Source: Eledone cirrhosa
Lineage: Eukaryota
DNA length: 64,000 bases
Direction of reading: 5' to 3'
Assembly: GCA_964016885.1 (NCBI GenBank)
Contig: OZ024744.1
Span: forward strand, 78,120,001-78,184,000
The translations under genes and the position numbers were made by a program. The notes below the pieces were generated by a model. That model had not been told where the DNA came from, did not search any database, and saw nothing but the letters and a program-made list of their open reading frames with translations. Each line of letters begins with the position of its first letter. Position 1 is the stretch's first letter. Positions 26,520-39,788 of the stretch are shown here, piece by piece.

Positions 26520-27190
26520 TACCAAACAAACCCACCTACTTCACAAAATCTTCTTTCCTTGTCATCTCACCCATGAACCCTGCATTAAATATTTTGCTCA
26601 ATTAATCTTCTCTGAAATTCTCTCTCTGCCCACACCTTTCTACACAGACATATCCCTTCTTGAAGAGTGTGCCTGGTGCCTAGCTTCTTGGTACTGTTCT
26701 CTGCTTCCCACATTTTGCAAATCCTTCCATGTTTGTTTCTACCCACACATTTCTACACAGGCATTATTCAACAGGAGTTTAAACTGAATATTGATTTCAC
26801 CCATCTGTAAGGATCCGCAATGTTATGGATGTTTCTGTTCTACCCCTGACTATAACAGCAACAATAAAAAGTATTTTAAGACCATTTTACCCTGTTAAAG
26901 CAAGGGTTAGTCTTGCATGGCTCCATAACAAGCTTCCCCATGTTGCTCTGTCTTCTGCACCAAAATACCCCTTGCCATTTGCCAGCTTTCATTTCTTCCC
27001 TTGTCATCTTTAGCCATACCTTTCTTGGTCTTCCCCTCCTTCTATTTCCTTCCACATTCATTTCTATCATTTTTCTATCAACCAGTCATTTTCATTCTTT
27101 CTCAACACATGACCTAATCATCTCTTCACAACATTCATTACTGGCTTCATTCCCATCATCTTCTGCATTTCATTGTTTGTCTTCCTCTGA
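26520..27190 (-). mobile_element. Old RTE LINE fragments
   Basis: ORF 26876-27070 (EMNVEGNRRRGRPRKVW) plus degraded RT-like sequence. Confidence 0.6.
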
Positions 27191-28537
27191 CTAAATAAAT
27201 AAATAAATATAACTTACTGCCAATAAGTTAAAAGATATAGGCAGTTACTACACTAACAGTCCATGATACGAAACTGAGAAATTACAATGTAATTTCTGTC
27301 ACAGTAAATTGGTTGTGATGCTGACATGGTAAAAAGCAACCAGCCCACACTATAAAGTGGTCATGTAGGTGTCATGACAAAAAGCACCCAGTCCACACTG
27401 TAAAGTGGTCGTGGTCGTGTAGTCGATACGATAAAAAGTACCCAGTTCTCACTGTAAATGAGGTTGGCATTAGGAAGGGCATCCAGCTGTAGAAATCAAG
27501 CCCACATCAGTTCTGTATGAACAAGAGATGGCCACCTGACCTGGCATTGCCCACAACAGGACAACTTGTCTGATCCATGCTAGTGTGGAAAAATGGATGT
27601 AAAACGGTGTTGATGATGATGAAGGCCTGTAAATATTTCAAATTGTTTACATTGTTTATATTTATTCTGAGATATTATGATGGACTTGTTTGTAGAATAC
27701 ATAACAAGAGGCAGCTCCTAATTCACTCTGTAAGGTGGTTGTACATGTGACACGAGGCTACCAGTCTACCCTGTATATCAGTTGTGCTGGTGACTCAACA
27801 AAAAGCACCCACTCTACTCTAGTAGATGGTTGGTTGTGCTGGTGATACGATAAAACCTTCCAGTCTACCCTAGTAAATAGTTGATTGTGCTGGTGACATG
27901 ACAAAACCTCCCAGTCCACCTTGTTAGAGTGCACCCATTCCACACTGTAATGTGGTTGATGTTAGAAATCAGCTGTAGAAACATATCTGTCTTAGCAAGA
28001 TGCAGTCACTTGACCTGACTTGTTATATTAACCCTTTAACATTCACATTACTCTATATATACTATTAAATGTTCATGGTAAAGGCTTTACCTCACATAAT
28101 TAACTCACATAATATCGAATCTATGAGATTTTTATATTAATTATTTTGAGAACAATACCTTAACATCGTTATGAGTGGCTGGTTACAGCCGGTTTGAACA
28201 GCAAGAAGTGAGAGAGTTCTGGATGGATATGGTTGGTTTAAATGGTAAAGGGTTAAACAATGATGATGATAATGATGAAAGCTTATCAAACACAAGCTTT
28301 GTTTGAGAAAGAATTAGTTCAAAAGATCTAAATTGTCAACCAATTATCTTCTGGGTAATGCTTATGAAATATCTATCACTTTCTTGGTAGCATGGAAAAA
28401 TTGATGTAAAATACTAGATAGAAATATAAAATAAAATTGGGAATTCTAACCGAGTTCTTGCATTAGTACAAAATCTGATTTATGTAGGTAAATATATAGT
28501 CAACTGTCTCTTCTTCAGTGTAATACTGAAGATATCT

Positions 28538-29118
28538 ATCATCATCATCATCATCATCATCGTTTAACGTCCATCTTCCATGCTAGCATGGGTTAGACAG
28601 TTTTGTTCAACTTGATACGGGATTGGTCAGAGGACCGTGTCTCGCTTGTACGGAACTGTCTGTGGCAGGTTTTCTACAGCTGGATGCCCTTCCTAACACC
28701 AACCACATTTACAGTGTGGACTGGGAGCCTTTTCACCGTGTCTCCTGCACAACCACTTCACAATGTGGAGTGAGTGCTTTTTGCCATGTCACTGACACAG
28801 TTGACGGAAATGGGGGGATGGGGTAGGGTGTGTGGGGAGGGATGTATATTTGGTTAAGAGGTGCCTACTGACTAGGTCAATGCAAGGGAAGGCAGGTCTT
28901 CTGTACAACTGCATAGCACCAAAAGTCTCGATCCAGTGACATTGTCTTAGAGAGGTGTAAGTGAGCAAGGTCAGTTTTTATCACTTGTCCCAGGTTTTTC
29001 TTGGTCTACCCACTCTGTAGCTTCCATCAATTTTGATTGCTCTGCACTTTTTTATACATCTGTTGTCCTTCTTACACATCACATGGCCATACCAACGCAA
29101 TCTCCTCTCCAGAACAGG
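28538..29118 (-). mobile_element. RTE LINE 3' end fragment
   Basis: Reverse complement matches the RTE C-terminus (RLRWYGH...GRPRKTW) plus the 3'UTR and (CAT)n tail. Confidence 0.82.
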
Positions 29119-30123
29119 GATTTAGAATCAGAACATAAAAGAAAGAAGTTTTGTCTGTGTTTATTTCAACACTAACCAATTTTCCTTCTCTTGCAATGAT
29201 TAATTTTTTAAATTGTAAAACACCCAGCCCACACTGTAAATGTGGTTGGCATTAGGAAAGGCATCCAGCTGTAGAAAACAAGCCAAAATCAGTTCTGTGT
29301 ATGCAAATCAAGGTCCTCTGACCTGATCTCTCACAAAGGGACAGCCTGTCCTACCCATGCTAGCGTGGCAAATGGATGTTAAATGATGATGATGAGGAGG
29401 AGGAGGATGATCGTGTTCCACTTGAACCCTTGCAGATATTGCAGGAATAAAGAACTTCCATTCTTCAGTAAGTTGGAAGGCCTGTCCTGTCCTGGTATGA
29501 TGCCATGATGCTATATGACGTCAGGTGTTGCAGGACGACAGAGCTACCATTCTTCAATGATTTGGAAAACCTGTTCGCTGGCATGATGCTATGTGATGCC
29601 TATCAATCCTATTCTAGCTAGCTTTGTCTCTGGTATCATGGCCAGAAATCTTTGTTATATAGGCAAATAGAATGGTTGTCTGGTATCTGGTAAGGTGGCA
29701 TGGCATTCTCATTACTTATCAAAACCATCATACTTTCTAGAAGTAGCGGCGATGTATTTATTTTGCAAGGTTTTTGATATGAAATCATGTGTTGAAACAG
29801 ATATTGTTATATTTGGGGAGGGTCATGTTGTTCTTATCAGAAAAATATAGTAAAAAAACACTCTGTTTGGTTTGGTTTCGCTTCAGTATATTTTTATATT
29901 TCTATAAATATAACCCTACCCAAATATAACAATTTCTAGAAGTAATTTTACTGGTCACTATTATCTCTTACACACAAACACTTTGAGTTTTGTGTCATTG
30001 ATTGTAGATTTTTGTTCTTTCAAACATTCTTTCAGGTAGATTTGGAATTTTTTTTGTTAAACTTTGAATCATTTTTGTGTTCCTTTGCTAATATAGAATT
30101 TTTGGCTGTTTCTTTTCCTCCAG

Positions 30124-30224
30124 CTATTGTTGATGAAGCAAAAGAAGAGAAGGAACAAGAAAATCCTGAAGAAGATAGTCGCAGGAATTTAGCTTTCCTT
30201 CTTGAAAAAGTTGAAGGATGTTCT
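30124..30224 (+). CDS. EXOC8: EXOC8 coding exon C (101 nt, phase 1 to 0)
   Basis: Acceptor ttttcctccag|, donor TCT|gtaagt. Translates (A)IVDEAKEEKEQENPEEDSRRNLAFLLEKVEGCS, matching EXOC8 LTTLLEKVEGC. Confidence 0.93.
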
Positions 30225-32145
30225 GTAAGTCTTTTCTTTGTTTTGTGTGCATTTTATTTATTTATTTATTATTGCTGATGGTAACAAGACAATAAGTACC
30301 CAGCGTTTACTGTAAAGTGGTTGTGTAGATGTCACAACAAAACGCACCCAGTCCACATTGGAAAGTGGTTGTGTAGGTGTCACAACAAAAATCACTCAGC
30401 CCACATTGTAAATGTTAGGAAGGGCATCCAGCTGTAGAAACCAACCCCAAAACAGTCCTGTACGAGCAAGACACAGTCAATTGACCTTGCATTGCTCACA
30501 ATAGGACAATTTGACTAACCCATGCTAGCTTGGAAAAATGGTGGACGTTAAAGGGTGATAACGATGATGATTGTTGTGTGTATCTACTTTAAAATAGGTA
30601 CGCTGTATCCCCTGCATGTCATAAGTGGGGGTGCCTAAAACAATTTATCACCAGGAAGGGTGTTTGACTATATATCCTCGCCACAAAAAGGCCTTCATGA
30701 TGAGTATGAAAAATATCATGGTACCCACAATGCCAAACCCCTGATTTAGCAGGGAAAATGGTCTTAAACTCCATTCCATCCTCTCTTTTGTTTCGCTCTC
30801 CTAATCACACGTGTGTCAGTGATTTGTATGGAAAACATCATCACTGCTTATCATATTTTATTTTGTACAAAGACTTTGGTAAAAGCAGGAATCATCATCA
30901 TTGTTTAACATCTATCTTCCATGCTAGCATGGGTTAGACGGGTCCCATTTAGAGGCAAGTTGGGTCGAGTGACTGTGTCTCGCTCGTATAGGACTGTTTC
31001 TGGCTAGATTTCTATGGCTGGATGCCCTTCCTAACACCAACCACATTCATAGTGTGTGCTGGGTGCTTTTTGCCGTGTCTTTTACACATCTACTTTACAG
31101 TGTGGGCTGGGGGTTACATATATAAGAATCACTCAACCACTCTAAATTAATCCACCACAGGAGCTGACAATTAAATCCAAGTCGTGTGTGTGTGTGTATG
31201 TGGGCCTTTATCAAGGAAGAAGGACACTACCCATTACTTTTACAAGCCCCTGTTGACTAGTTAGATTGGTCTAATTGATGTTCTGCTTGAATATTGTTAC
31301 TTCTGTGAATAGAATGGTCAGTTGCAGATGACAATTCCAGGAAGGAGGGAGAAGTTTGGAAAATACTATGGTGGTATGGTATGGTCCTGTTACTCCTATT
31401 GGAGTTGTAGGGGTGCCATATTGACATACGGCTTTACTTGAGCATTTTAAGCTTGGCGAAGCCCATCCCCTCTCCAGGCATGATTACAGCAGATTTCTTC
31501 CAGAGGAAGGAAGAATCGACCCCAGTACTAGACTGGTAATTTTTTTCTTGACATCGAAAGGATGAAAAGCAAAGTTGACTTTGGTGGGATTTGAACTCCG
31601 AGAGCAGAGAGCTGGAATGAATACCATAAAGCATTCTATCCTACGTTCTAATGACTCTGCCATTTCGCTGCCTCTCTGGTACTATAAGGATGATAAAATA
31701 GAAGAGGAGGTAAGTGTATTGGGTGGGTGTTAGAGAAGTATAGAGATCTGGAGAGTGGTATGCTGTAAAAGTGGTAAGATAAGAGAAGCAGAGATGTGTG
31801 TGTTGGGTGTACATGGTCTTTCTGTAGGGTGAAAAATTATATTTTAAAAGGGCAGAATTTGTTACAGAAACAATAGAAAAACAGGGATAATGCATCATGT
31901 CAATGGATTAATTATTGTGTCAGTAGATAAATTTGAGTGTGGACTGTGATGTGTGTGTGTACCATCATCATCATCATCACCTTTTAACGTCCATTTTTTT
32001 CATGCTAGCATGGGTTAGACGAGTTGTCCTGTTGTGAGAAATGGTTTTGGCTTGGTTTCTACAGCTGGATGCTTTTCCTAATGCCTGCTTTCCTTTTCAC
32101 TTTCCCTGCTGAACACCTGCACCTCCGATACTTTCCCAACCCAGG

Positions 32146-34806
32146 AAAGGCTTGAACGTAAGGAGGTCGATGTTTGTTGTATTCAAGAGACCAGGTGGAG
32201 GGGTGGGTAAAAAACGTGGGTAAAAAACGGAAAATATGGAAGCTAAAGGACCCCACAGCCAGTAATAAATTTAAAAGCATATTACTTGATGCTTTTGATA
32301 GTAAGGAAGAGCAATTAGTCGTACAATATAGAGGAACAGTGGGAATTCCTGTAAGCTAACCTGCTGAAGGCGACAGATGAAATCTGTGGTTGGAGCAGAC
32401 CTATGGGCAGGAGGAGAGTAACTTGGTGGTGGAACAGTAAGGTGGAGGAGTCAATCAAGGCCAAAAAGCAGGCTTGGAAAGTATGGCGGGATGGGGGATG
32501 TAGAGAAGACTATCAAGTGGCCAGGAGGGAAGTTAGGAGACAAGTGTACTTCGCAAGAAGGGAAGCAGAGGAAAGAAAGTTCAAGCATGTTCTACAACGC
32601 GAGGACCAAAAACGTGAGGTGTTCAGGATTGCTAGGTAATGTGTCAAGGAAAACCGTGATATTGTCGGGGAGAAGTGTGTACTTAATGATGATGGTGTAC
32701 TTGCCATCACTGACGCTGATAAGAAGGTAGCTTGGAAGTGTCACTACGAAAGGCTACTAAATGAGGAGAATAAATGGGAGAAAGACAGTCTCCCCCACAT
32801 CGATCCAATAGAAGGACCAGCAGTGCAAGTTGAAGGTAGTATAATAAGTAAGGCAATCAAAGATATGAAGACGGGTAAGGCGGCTGGGCATTTGGAAATA
32901 GTTGCTGAAATGCTGAAAGCATCTGGAACGGTGGGACACACTATGGTCACCCGGATAGTAAACCAAGTCATACAGAATGGGGTCGTTCCATAGGACTGGC
33001 GGAGCAGCATCATCATTAACTGCTACAAGGGTAAAGGAGATGCCCTAGATAGGGTAAACTATAGAGGCATTAAATTAATTGACCAGGTCATGAAGGTCAC
33101 AGAAAAAGTAATAGCACAACTAATCAGAGAGAAAATTGATCTAGATGAAATGCAGTTTGGGTTTGTGTCAGGTAAAAGTACCACAGACGCTCTTTTCATT
33201 GTACGACAACTACAGGAGAAGTACCTAGCTAAAAGTAAACCCCTATACTTAGCTTTTGTTGACTTGGAGAAAGCCTTTGACAGAGTCCCACGCCCCATTA
33301 TATGGTGGGCTCTTAGAAAACTAGGTGTTGATGAATGGCTTATGAGAGCTATACAAGCCATGTATAAAGAAACAGTCAGCAAGGTTAGAATTAATGAATA
33401 TAGTGAAGAGTTTAGCGTAAAAGTTGGTGTTCATCAGGGCTCCGTCCTTAGCCCCCTCCTATTTATTATTGCCCTTCAGGCTATAACAGAGGAGTTCAAG
33501 ATCGGCTGCCCATAGGAACTCCTATACGCAGATAATCTAACGCTCATAGCTGAATCAATGGCTGAACTAGAGAAGAAATTCCAAACATGGAAGCATGGCC
33601 TAGAATCAAAAGGCCTTAAAATTAACCTGTCTAAGACTAAATTTCTAGTTTGTAGGAAGGAAAATAGGGCACTGATCCCATCTGGGAAATGGTCATGCTC
33701 AGTGTGTAGGAAAGGAGTAGGCAGAAGATATAAAAGATGTAGCGGGATCACAGGTAAGCTAACTAAGAATATAGATTTTATATGTGGCCGGTGCTCTGGT
33801 GCAATAAGTAGCAGCAAGTGCCCACAGAATAATAGCTCATTCCATTGCACAAATGGTTCTATAGAAATAGTGGACACCTTCCGTTACCTGGGTGACAAAA
33901 TCAGCAGTGGTGGAGGGTGCTCTGAAAGTACAGTAGCTAGAGTCAGAACGGGATGGAAAAAGTTCAGAGAGCTTATACCACTATTGGCCACTAAAGGTTT
34001 CTCTCTAAAAATGAAAGGCAGGCTGTATGATGCCTGCATACAAACAGCAATGTTACATGGCAGTGAGACTTGGGCATTGTGTGCAGAGGATATACGCAGA
34101 CTGGAGAGGAACGAAGCTTGCATGCTCCGTTGGATGTGTAATAGTAATATACGTGAACGGCAAAGTATAAAGGAACTAAGGGAGAAATTAAGAATAAGAG
34201 GGATCAGATGTTGTTTACTCGGGAGAAGACTACGTTGGTATGGTCACGTGATGCGCATGAAAGACAACAGCTGTATAAAAAAGTGTAGGGCGATAAAAAT
34301 AGACGGTAGCCACGGAGTAGGCAGACCCAGAAAAACCTGGGACGACTTGCTAAATTCCGACCTCACACACTTACACCTCTCCAAGACAATATCACTGGAC
34401 CGAGATCTTTGGCGCTACACAGTAATACAGAAGACCCGCCTTGCCTAAGTACAAAGCGAAACCTACAGTCAGTAGGCACCTCTTAACAAAAATACACCCC
34501 CGTTCCACTACCCCCACCCCTTTCGATGTAAAGTTATGTTGGTACCACAACATCCAGTCCGAAATAAATGAGGTCGTGTAGGTGTCACGAGAAAAGACAC
34601 ACAGTCCACGCTGTAATGTGGCCGTGTAGGTAACACGGTAAAAACCTCCCAGTCCACACTGTAAACGTGGTTGGTGTTAGGAAGGGCATCCAGCCGTAGA
34701 AAACCCGCCAGACAGTCCTATACAAGCAAGACAACCAATCTTGCCTCAAGTGGGAAAATTCCCGTCCAAACCCATGCAAGCATGGAAGATGGACGTTAAA
34801 CGATGA

Positions 34807-34810
<4 letters not shown>
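32146..34810 (+). mobile_element. RTE LINE copy, same subfamily as 54481-58015, 5'-truncated with internal deletions and stops
   Basis: ORF pieces 32403-32639, 33090-33515 and 33558-34448 are near-identical to the minus-strand element. Full 3'UTR ends ggacgttaaacgatgatgat, then (TA)n. Confidence 0.93.
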
Positions 34811-34858
<48 letters not shown>

Positions 34859-35374
34859 GTACATATATATATATATATATATATCATCATCGTTTAATGT
34901 CCATCTTCCATGCTAGCATGGGTTAGACGGGTTTGTTCCATTAGAAGCACATTGGGTCGGGTGACCGTGTCTCGCACAATAGGACTGTTTCTGGCTGGTT
35001 TTCTATGGCTGGATGCCCTTCCTAACACCAACCACATTTACAGTGTGTGTCGGGTGCTTTTTGCTGTGTCTTTAACATGACCACTTTACAGTGTGGGCTG
35101 GATGCTTTTTGTCGTGACACCTACACGACCACTTTACAGTGTGGGCTGGATGTTTTGTGGTACCAACTTAACATATATATATATATATTGTAAAATTACT
35201 GCTGATGCCACAATAAAAGCACCCAGTCCACCCTGTATGGTGGTTGTGCAATATATATTAGTCCTATATGAGCAAGACATGGTCATCTGATCCTGCTTGC
35301 TTCACAATGGATAACTCATCTAACCCATGCTAGTATGGAAAAATGGATGCTAAACGGTGATGATGATAATGATA

Positions 35375-35405
<31 letters not shown>

Positions 35406-35867
35406 GTAATATATACAATATATATATATATAGGTTAGATAAATTGTCATGTTCTGAGACCAAACATGTTAGATTCCTGCATCTTGTACACATATTTTTA
35501 TTTTGGCTTGGTTTCTAATGTTGGATGCCCTTCCTAACACCGACTGCTTCAAGACGTGTACCGGGTGGTGGAGGAGCAGTTTATCCTGGTATTACCACTA
35601 TCACCTGACAGAATGGACTGGGTGCTTTTTGACAGAATGGACTCGTGCCCTCTGCCAGGCTGGGGCTGGGGTAATAGCGAGGGGGGCTACATATTGCGAG
35701 TGAGAGGGAAAGATGGGCTTAAGATTGATTGACATCTGTGGGTACAATGTGGCATGTTTGGATGAGGAACTGAGAATCTGTGAGAAGAGGAATATTAAGG
35801 TGGTGGAGAGGGGGGAAAATCAGCTGTGTTGGAGGGAAGACTAGGAGGTTAGATAGTGGCATGGGAG

Positions 35868-36042
35868 TAGACTTGTCAACTCTCCCCGTCTGACGGGGAG
35901 ATCTTCCACCCACTTTGGGGTGAGTGAGAGATGTCTTCTTTTGCGAAAATGGATATAGGTTTCTTTATGTAAAGTCTCCCCGTTTTGGGGCACTTTTTTT
36001 CACAGTACTCTCTGTTTGTGTTTTTAGAGGTTGACAGGTCTG
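35868..36042. mobile_element. hAT MITE, CAGACCTGTCAAC-TIR family (other copies 17847-18042, ~36745-36934, 42722-42869, 43134-43297)
   Basis: TIRs tagacttgtcaac / gttgacaggtctg with a perfect 8-bp TSD CATGGGAG (35860-35867, 36043-36050). The body sequence is shared by all listed copies. Confidence 0.88.
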
Positions 36043-36540
36043 CATGGGAGTCATACAGGCAAGGGGTAGGGTTTGGGGACACCTAGATACCGTTGAGTGA
36101 GAGATTGAACAATGTCTGGCAATACTGTTGCAGAATAACAACTATCTGTGATTTGTTGAACTGTTATTTATTGTATGACAAATATTGATAAACTTAAGAA
36201 AAAGCAATCTAGCCCTTAAAGTTCAGGTCTTGTTACCGACCTCACTGGGAGTTCCTTTTCTCTGCTGACCAGTTCAATAACAAGTCTTTAGTAAAGGACC
36301 TCTGTCAATAGTCCGTCACTTACTAGGTTGCGGCCAATGCTCTACAGAGGTGTATCTGCTTTGGGCAAGATAGGAGTAATTAGGGATGTGAATGAGCAAG
36401 AAGACAAAGGTGGCAGAGGAAGTGGTTGTGGTGGTGGTTGGGGGAGGGGCAGGCTAGATCATATGTATGAGGGATTGACTTGGTGTAGGGAAAGGGAAAC
36501 TAGATAATGGGGTAGTAAGGTAGAAGGGACATATTTGGAA

Positions 36541-36738
36541 TAGGGATGGCAACCTCTCTGCATTTTTTACCACACAAATAAATAGTAGTATACAAACTTA
36601 CTAAAAAATACCTACCAAAAAATATAGAAAAGCTATTTTAATTCGTGCAAATTTTTTTCCAGCTTCCACTAACATTTTCCAGCATTTCTACAAGGTTTTT
36701 TTTCTGGTATTTTCATTCAAGTTAGTTGACAACCCTGA
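36541..36738. mobile_element. Putative hAT-type MITE
   Basis: TIRs tagggatggcaac / gttgacaaccctg. Related partial copy at 41670-41745. No clear TSD. Confidence 0.55.
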
Positions 36739-37099
36739 CAATATAGTGCCAAACCTCTAAAGAGCCAAATGGGGAGTACTATGAAAAAAAAGTGCCCCAA
36801 AACGGGGAGAAATGAGGCAAAATAGGGAGATTTTATATAATAAAAGTTATACCCATTTTCACAAGAGAAGACATCTCTCACCCACCCCAAAGAGGGTGGG
36901 AGATCTCCACCTTCGGAGAGAGTTGACAGGTCTGTAATGCTGTATGTAGTATAAAGTATTTTTATCGCAAGCCCCTGAAAATGTGAAACCAGTAACACAT
37001 ATGACTCTTGCTACTTGGTTAATCTGGCACTGATATCATCCAAATTGTTTTGTACCTTAAGCCAGGTCTGCGAGAAGTGGAGATGCTAGTGATATATGA

Positions 37100-37450
37100 A
37101 TCATCATCATCATCATCATCATCATTTTACGTCCACTTTTCCCTGCTTGCAAGGGTGGGACGGGAACTGATTCTGACTTGATTTCTACAGCTGGATGCCC
37201 TTCCTAACACCAACCTCATTTACAGTGAGTGCTGGGTGCTTTTTTGCCGTGGCACCTCCACGACCACTTTGCAGTGGAAAGATAGGGACCCCAGTCCCTA
37301 TCATCTCATTTCTACAGCTGAGTAAACTGGAGCAATGTGAAATAAAGTGTCTTGCTCAAGGAAACAACACATCACCGCCGTCTGAGAATTGAACTCACAA
37401 CCTTTCGATTGCAAGGCCAATGCTCTAACCACTAAGCCATGTGCCTCCAT
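37100..37450 (-). mobile_element. Second copy of the tRNA/CORE/RTE-tail SINE
   Basis: Near-identical to 21046-21396. The 5' 17-mer is tandemly repeated to 37522. Confidence 0.88.
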
Positions 37451-37819
37451 TTGAAGCCATGTGCCTCCATTGGCCATGTGCCTCCATTGGCCATGTGCCT
37501 CCATTAGCCATGTGCCTCCATTAATCTCCAGAGAATAAAATTTGTGTTCGTGATCTGGTGGTGTGGTAGGTGGATGAGTACGTGTTGAAGCAAGTACCAA
37601 GTATTTTCTTTTAATACACATTCAAATATCAATATCCAGTATTCTGTGGTCTCCTAATTCATTCCAAGATTTTTTTCTAAAATAATTTTAATCAAATTGT
37701 CGTTCCTGAAATAGTTTTAAATTTAAATAGGTTTTAGTGACCTATTTATTGGTATTCCACATTTGACATTATTTTTCTTGTTTGAGTACCTTTTGTTTCA
37801 TTTCTACATTCCAACGCAC

Positions 37820-37870
<51 letters not shown>

Positions 37871-37872
<2 letters not shown>

Positions 37873-38626
37873 CCTAAACTCTATGAGGTGTAACAGCTTA
37901 TCAGGTTGACTAACAGGAAAGCGAGACTTGGTATGTAAAAGACCCACAAGCGTAATCGAAGGGAAGAGTGTCAGTGATATTAACCTTTTCTAGTTACAAG
38001 AAGGATCCATAGAAGGATTGATAGCTTCTGCTATCTAGGTGATTTAATTAGCAAAGAAGGAGGTACTCTAAGATCTAGAATAAGGATAGGATGGAAGATG
38101 GTTAGAGAGCTACTCCCACTGTTGACAACAAAATGTTTCTCCTTATATACAAAAGGACGACTGCATAACGCTTGTGTGCGAAGTGCAATGCTGCATAGTA
38201 GTGAAATATGGGCTGTCACTACAGAATACATGCATAGACTGGAGAGAAATGAAGTAACCATGTTTCGTTGGATGTGCAATGTAAATGTGAAAGGAAGGCA
38301 GAGCTTGGATGACCTGAGGGAAAAACTGGGTTTAAGAGAAATCTGAAGTGGTGTGCAAGAGAGAAGACGGCACTGGTATGACATGTGATGTGTATGGATG
38401 ATGATTGATGGGTGAAGAAATGCCAGGAAATTCCAGTGGAAGGAAGCTGCAGTAGAAGTAGACCAAGGAAGGCCTAGTTAGAGGTGGTGAGAGCTGATCT
38501 CAAGTCCCTGAGACTCACAGAAGAGATGACGAAGGAACACGGTGTGTGGAGAGATACTGTGCTGAAAAGGACTCGTCCAACCCATGCAAGCATGGAAAAA
38601 CACTTATATACAATGATGATGATATA
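37871..38626 (+). mobile_element. Degenerate RTE LINE 3' fragment
   Basis: ORF 38098-38346 (KGRLHNACVRSAMLHSSEIW...LERNE...RWMC) and a (GAT)n tail. Confidence 0.8.
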
Positions 38627-38859
38627 TTCATACTAGTATTTTTATAGTTTCCATTTACCAAATTCATTCACATGGCATTGTTCAGCCCAGGGCTATAGAA
38701 AAAGATACTTGCCCAAAATGACACCCAGTAGAACTGAACCTGAAACTGCATGGTTCCGAAGTGAACTTCTTAACCACACAGTGAACCACACAGTGAACTT
38801 CTTAACCACACATCCATATGTGTCTTTATTCATTATATATATATATTTTTAAAAAAATG

Positions 38860-39540
38860 AGAACTAACTCATTCAAACAATAATATAAAGAAAAGGGAAA
38901 GGGAAATGAAGAAGAAAAAAAACACTAGCAGGTACTACACACATCTAGGACCACATACATCAAAAGACAAGCAAAAGGGGTGGACAAACGAACTGCTGCT
39001 AGAACAAAAGATAACAATAACGCGAGGAGCACTGAAGCCTCTCTCTAATAATTTTTGAGGCAAGCTATCACACTCACAACATTACCTCAGGTGACGGTGA
39101 GGCTGATGTGCTGGAAAAGCTAAGCACCCTCATGAGCATCACCAGTTACTTCGGTTAGGCAAGCCACCAGTGATGACAAGAATCTCGCAGTCAGTGGCCC
39201 GACTTCCCCAAATGGCTCCAATGTCACAGGCTGGAAAAAGTATTTCAGAATTTTGTTCCATTTGGCTATGGAAGTAGTAGCTCTCGTCCTAACCACAGCA
39301 TCCAGGATGTAGGAAGAAGCAAAAGTGTTTTTAACTGTGATGTCTCAAATAAGACCCCTGCTTCTTATCCAGGGGTACAGGGTTTGGCTATGGAAGCAGT
39401 AGCTCTCGCCCTACACACAGCATCCAGGATGTGGGAAGAAACAAAAGAGTTATTGACTGTGATGTCCCAAATAAGACCTCTGCTTCTTATTTGGGACATT
39501 CAGGGCTACAGGGTAAGACCGTTGGGCTTTTTACCTTCAA
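38860..39540 (-). mobile_element. Possible Tx1-like LINE 3' fragment with an internal ~122-bp duplication
   Basis: Direct repeat tttggctatggaag...cttcttat at 39261 and 39383. The family call rests on weak Cys/His remnants only. Confidence 0.4.
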
Positions 39541-39645
39541 TTCTGGGCTACCCAGACAGTTAAAAAATAATATAAAGGTAAAAAGAAAATATGACTAACA
39601 TTAAGTTAACTTCTCATATTGATTATAATATTTGTTTATTTGCAG

Positions 39646-39788
39646 AGTGTTACTGAAGTTCCTGGGCGCCAGCTTATACACAATGGAGAACTAACTGAGC
39701 TAGATCCCGAAACATTTTCTCCAAATCATGCTGTCCATGCCTTTCTTTTAAATGATAGTTTAATGATTGCATCTTTATTACCTCATCG
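39646..39788 (+). CDS. EXOC8: EXOC8 coding exon D (143 nt, phase 0 to 2), PH domain N-half
   Basis: Acceptor ttatttgcag|, donor CG|gtaagt. Translates SVTEVPGRQLIHNGELTELDPETFSPNHAVHAFLLNDSLMIASLLPHR, matching EXOC8 PGQYLVYNGDLVE...VHGFLMNDCLLVATWLPQR. Confidence 0.95.

Noticed and set aside
30012-30278. ORF-track starts and stops for the EXOC8-containing ORFs (also 8641-8862)
   Set aside because: These ORFs run into intron sequence. The true boundaries are the splice sites given in the features.
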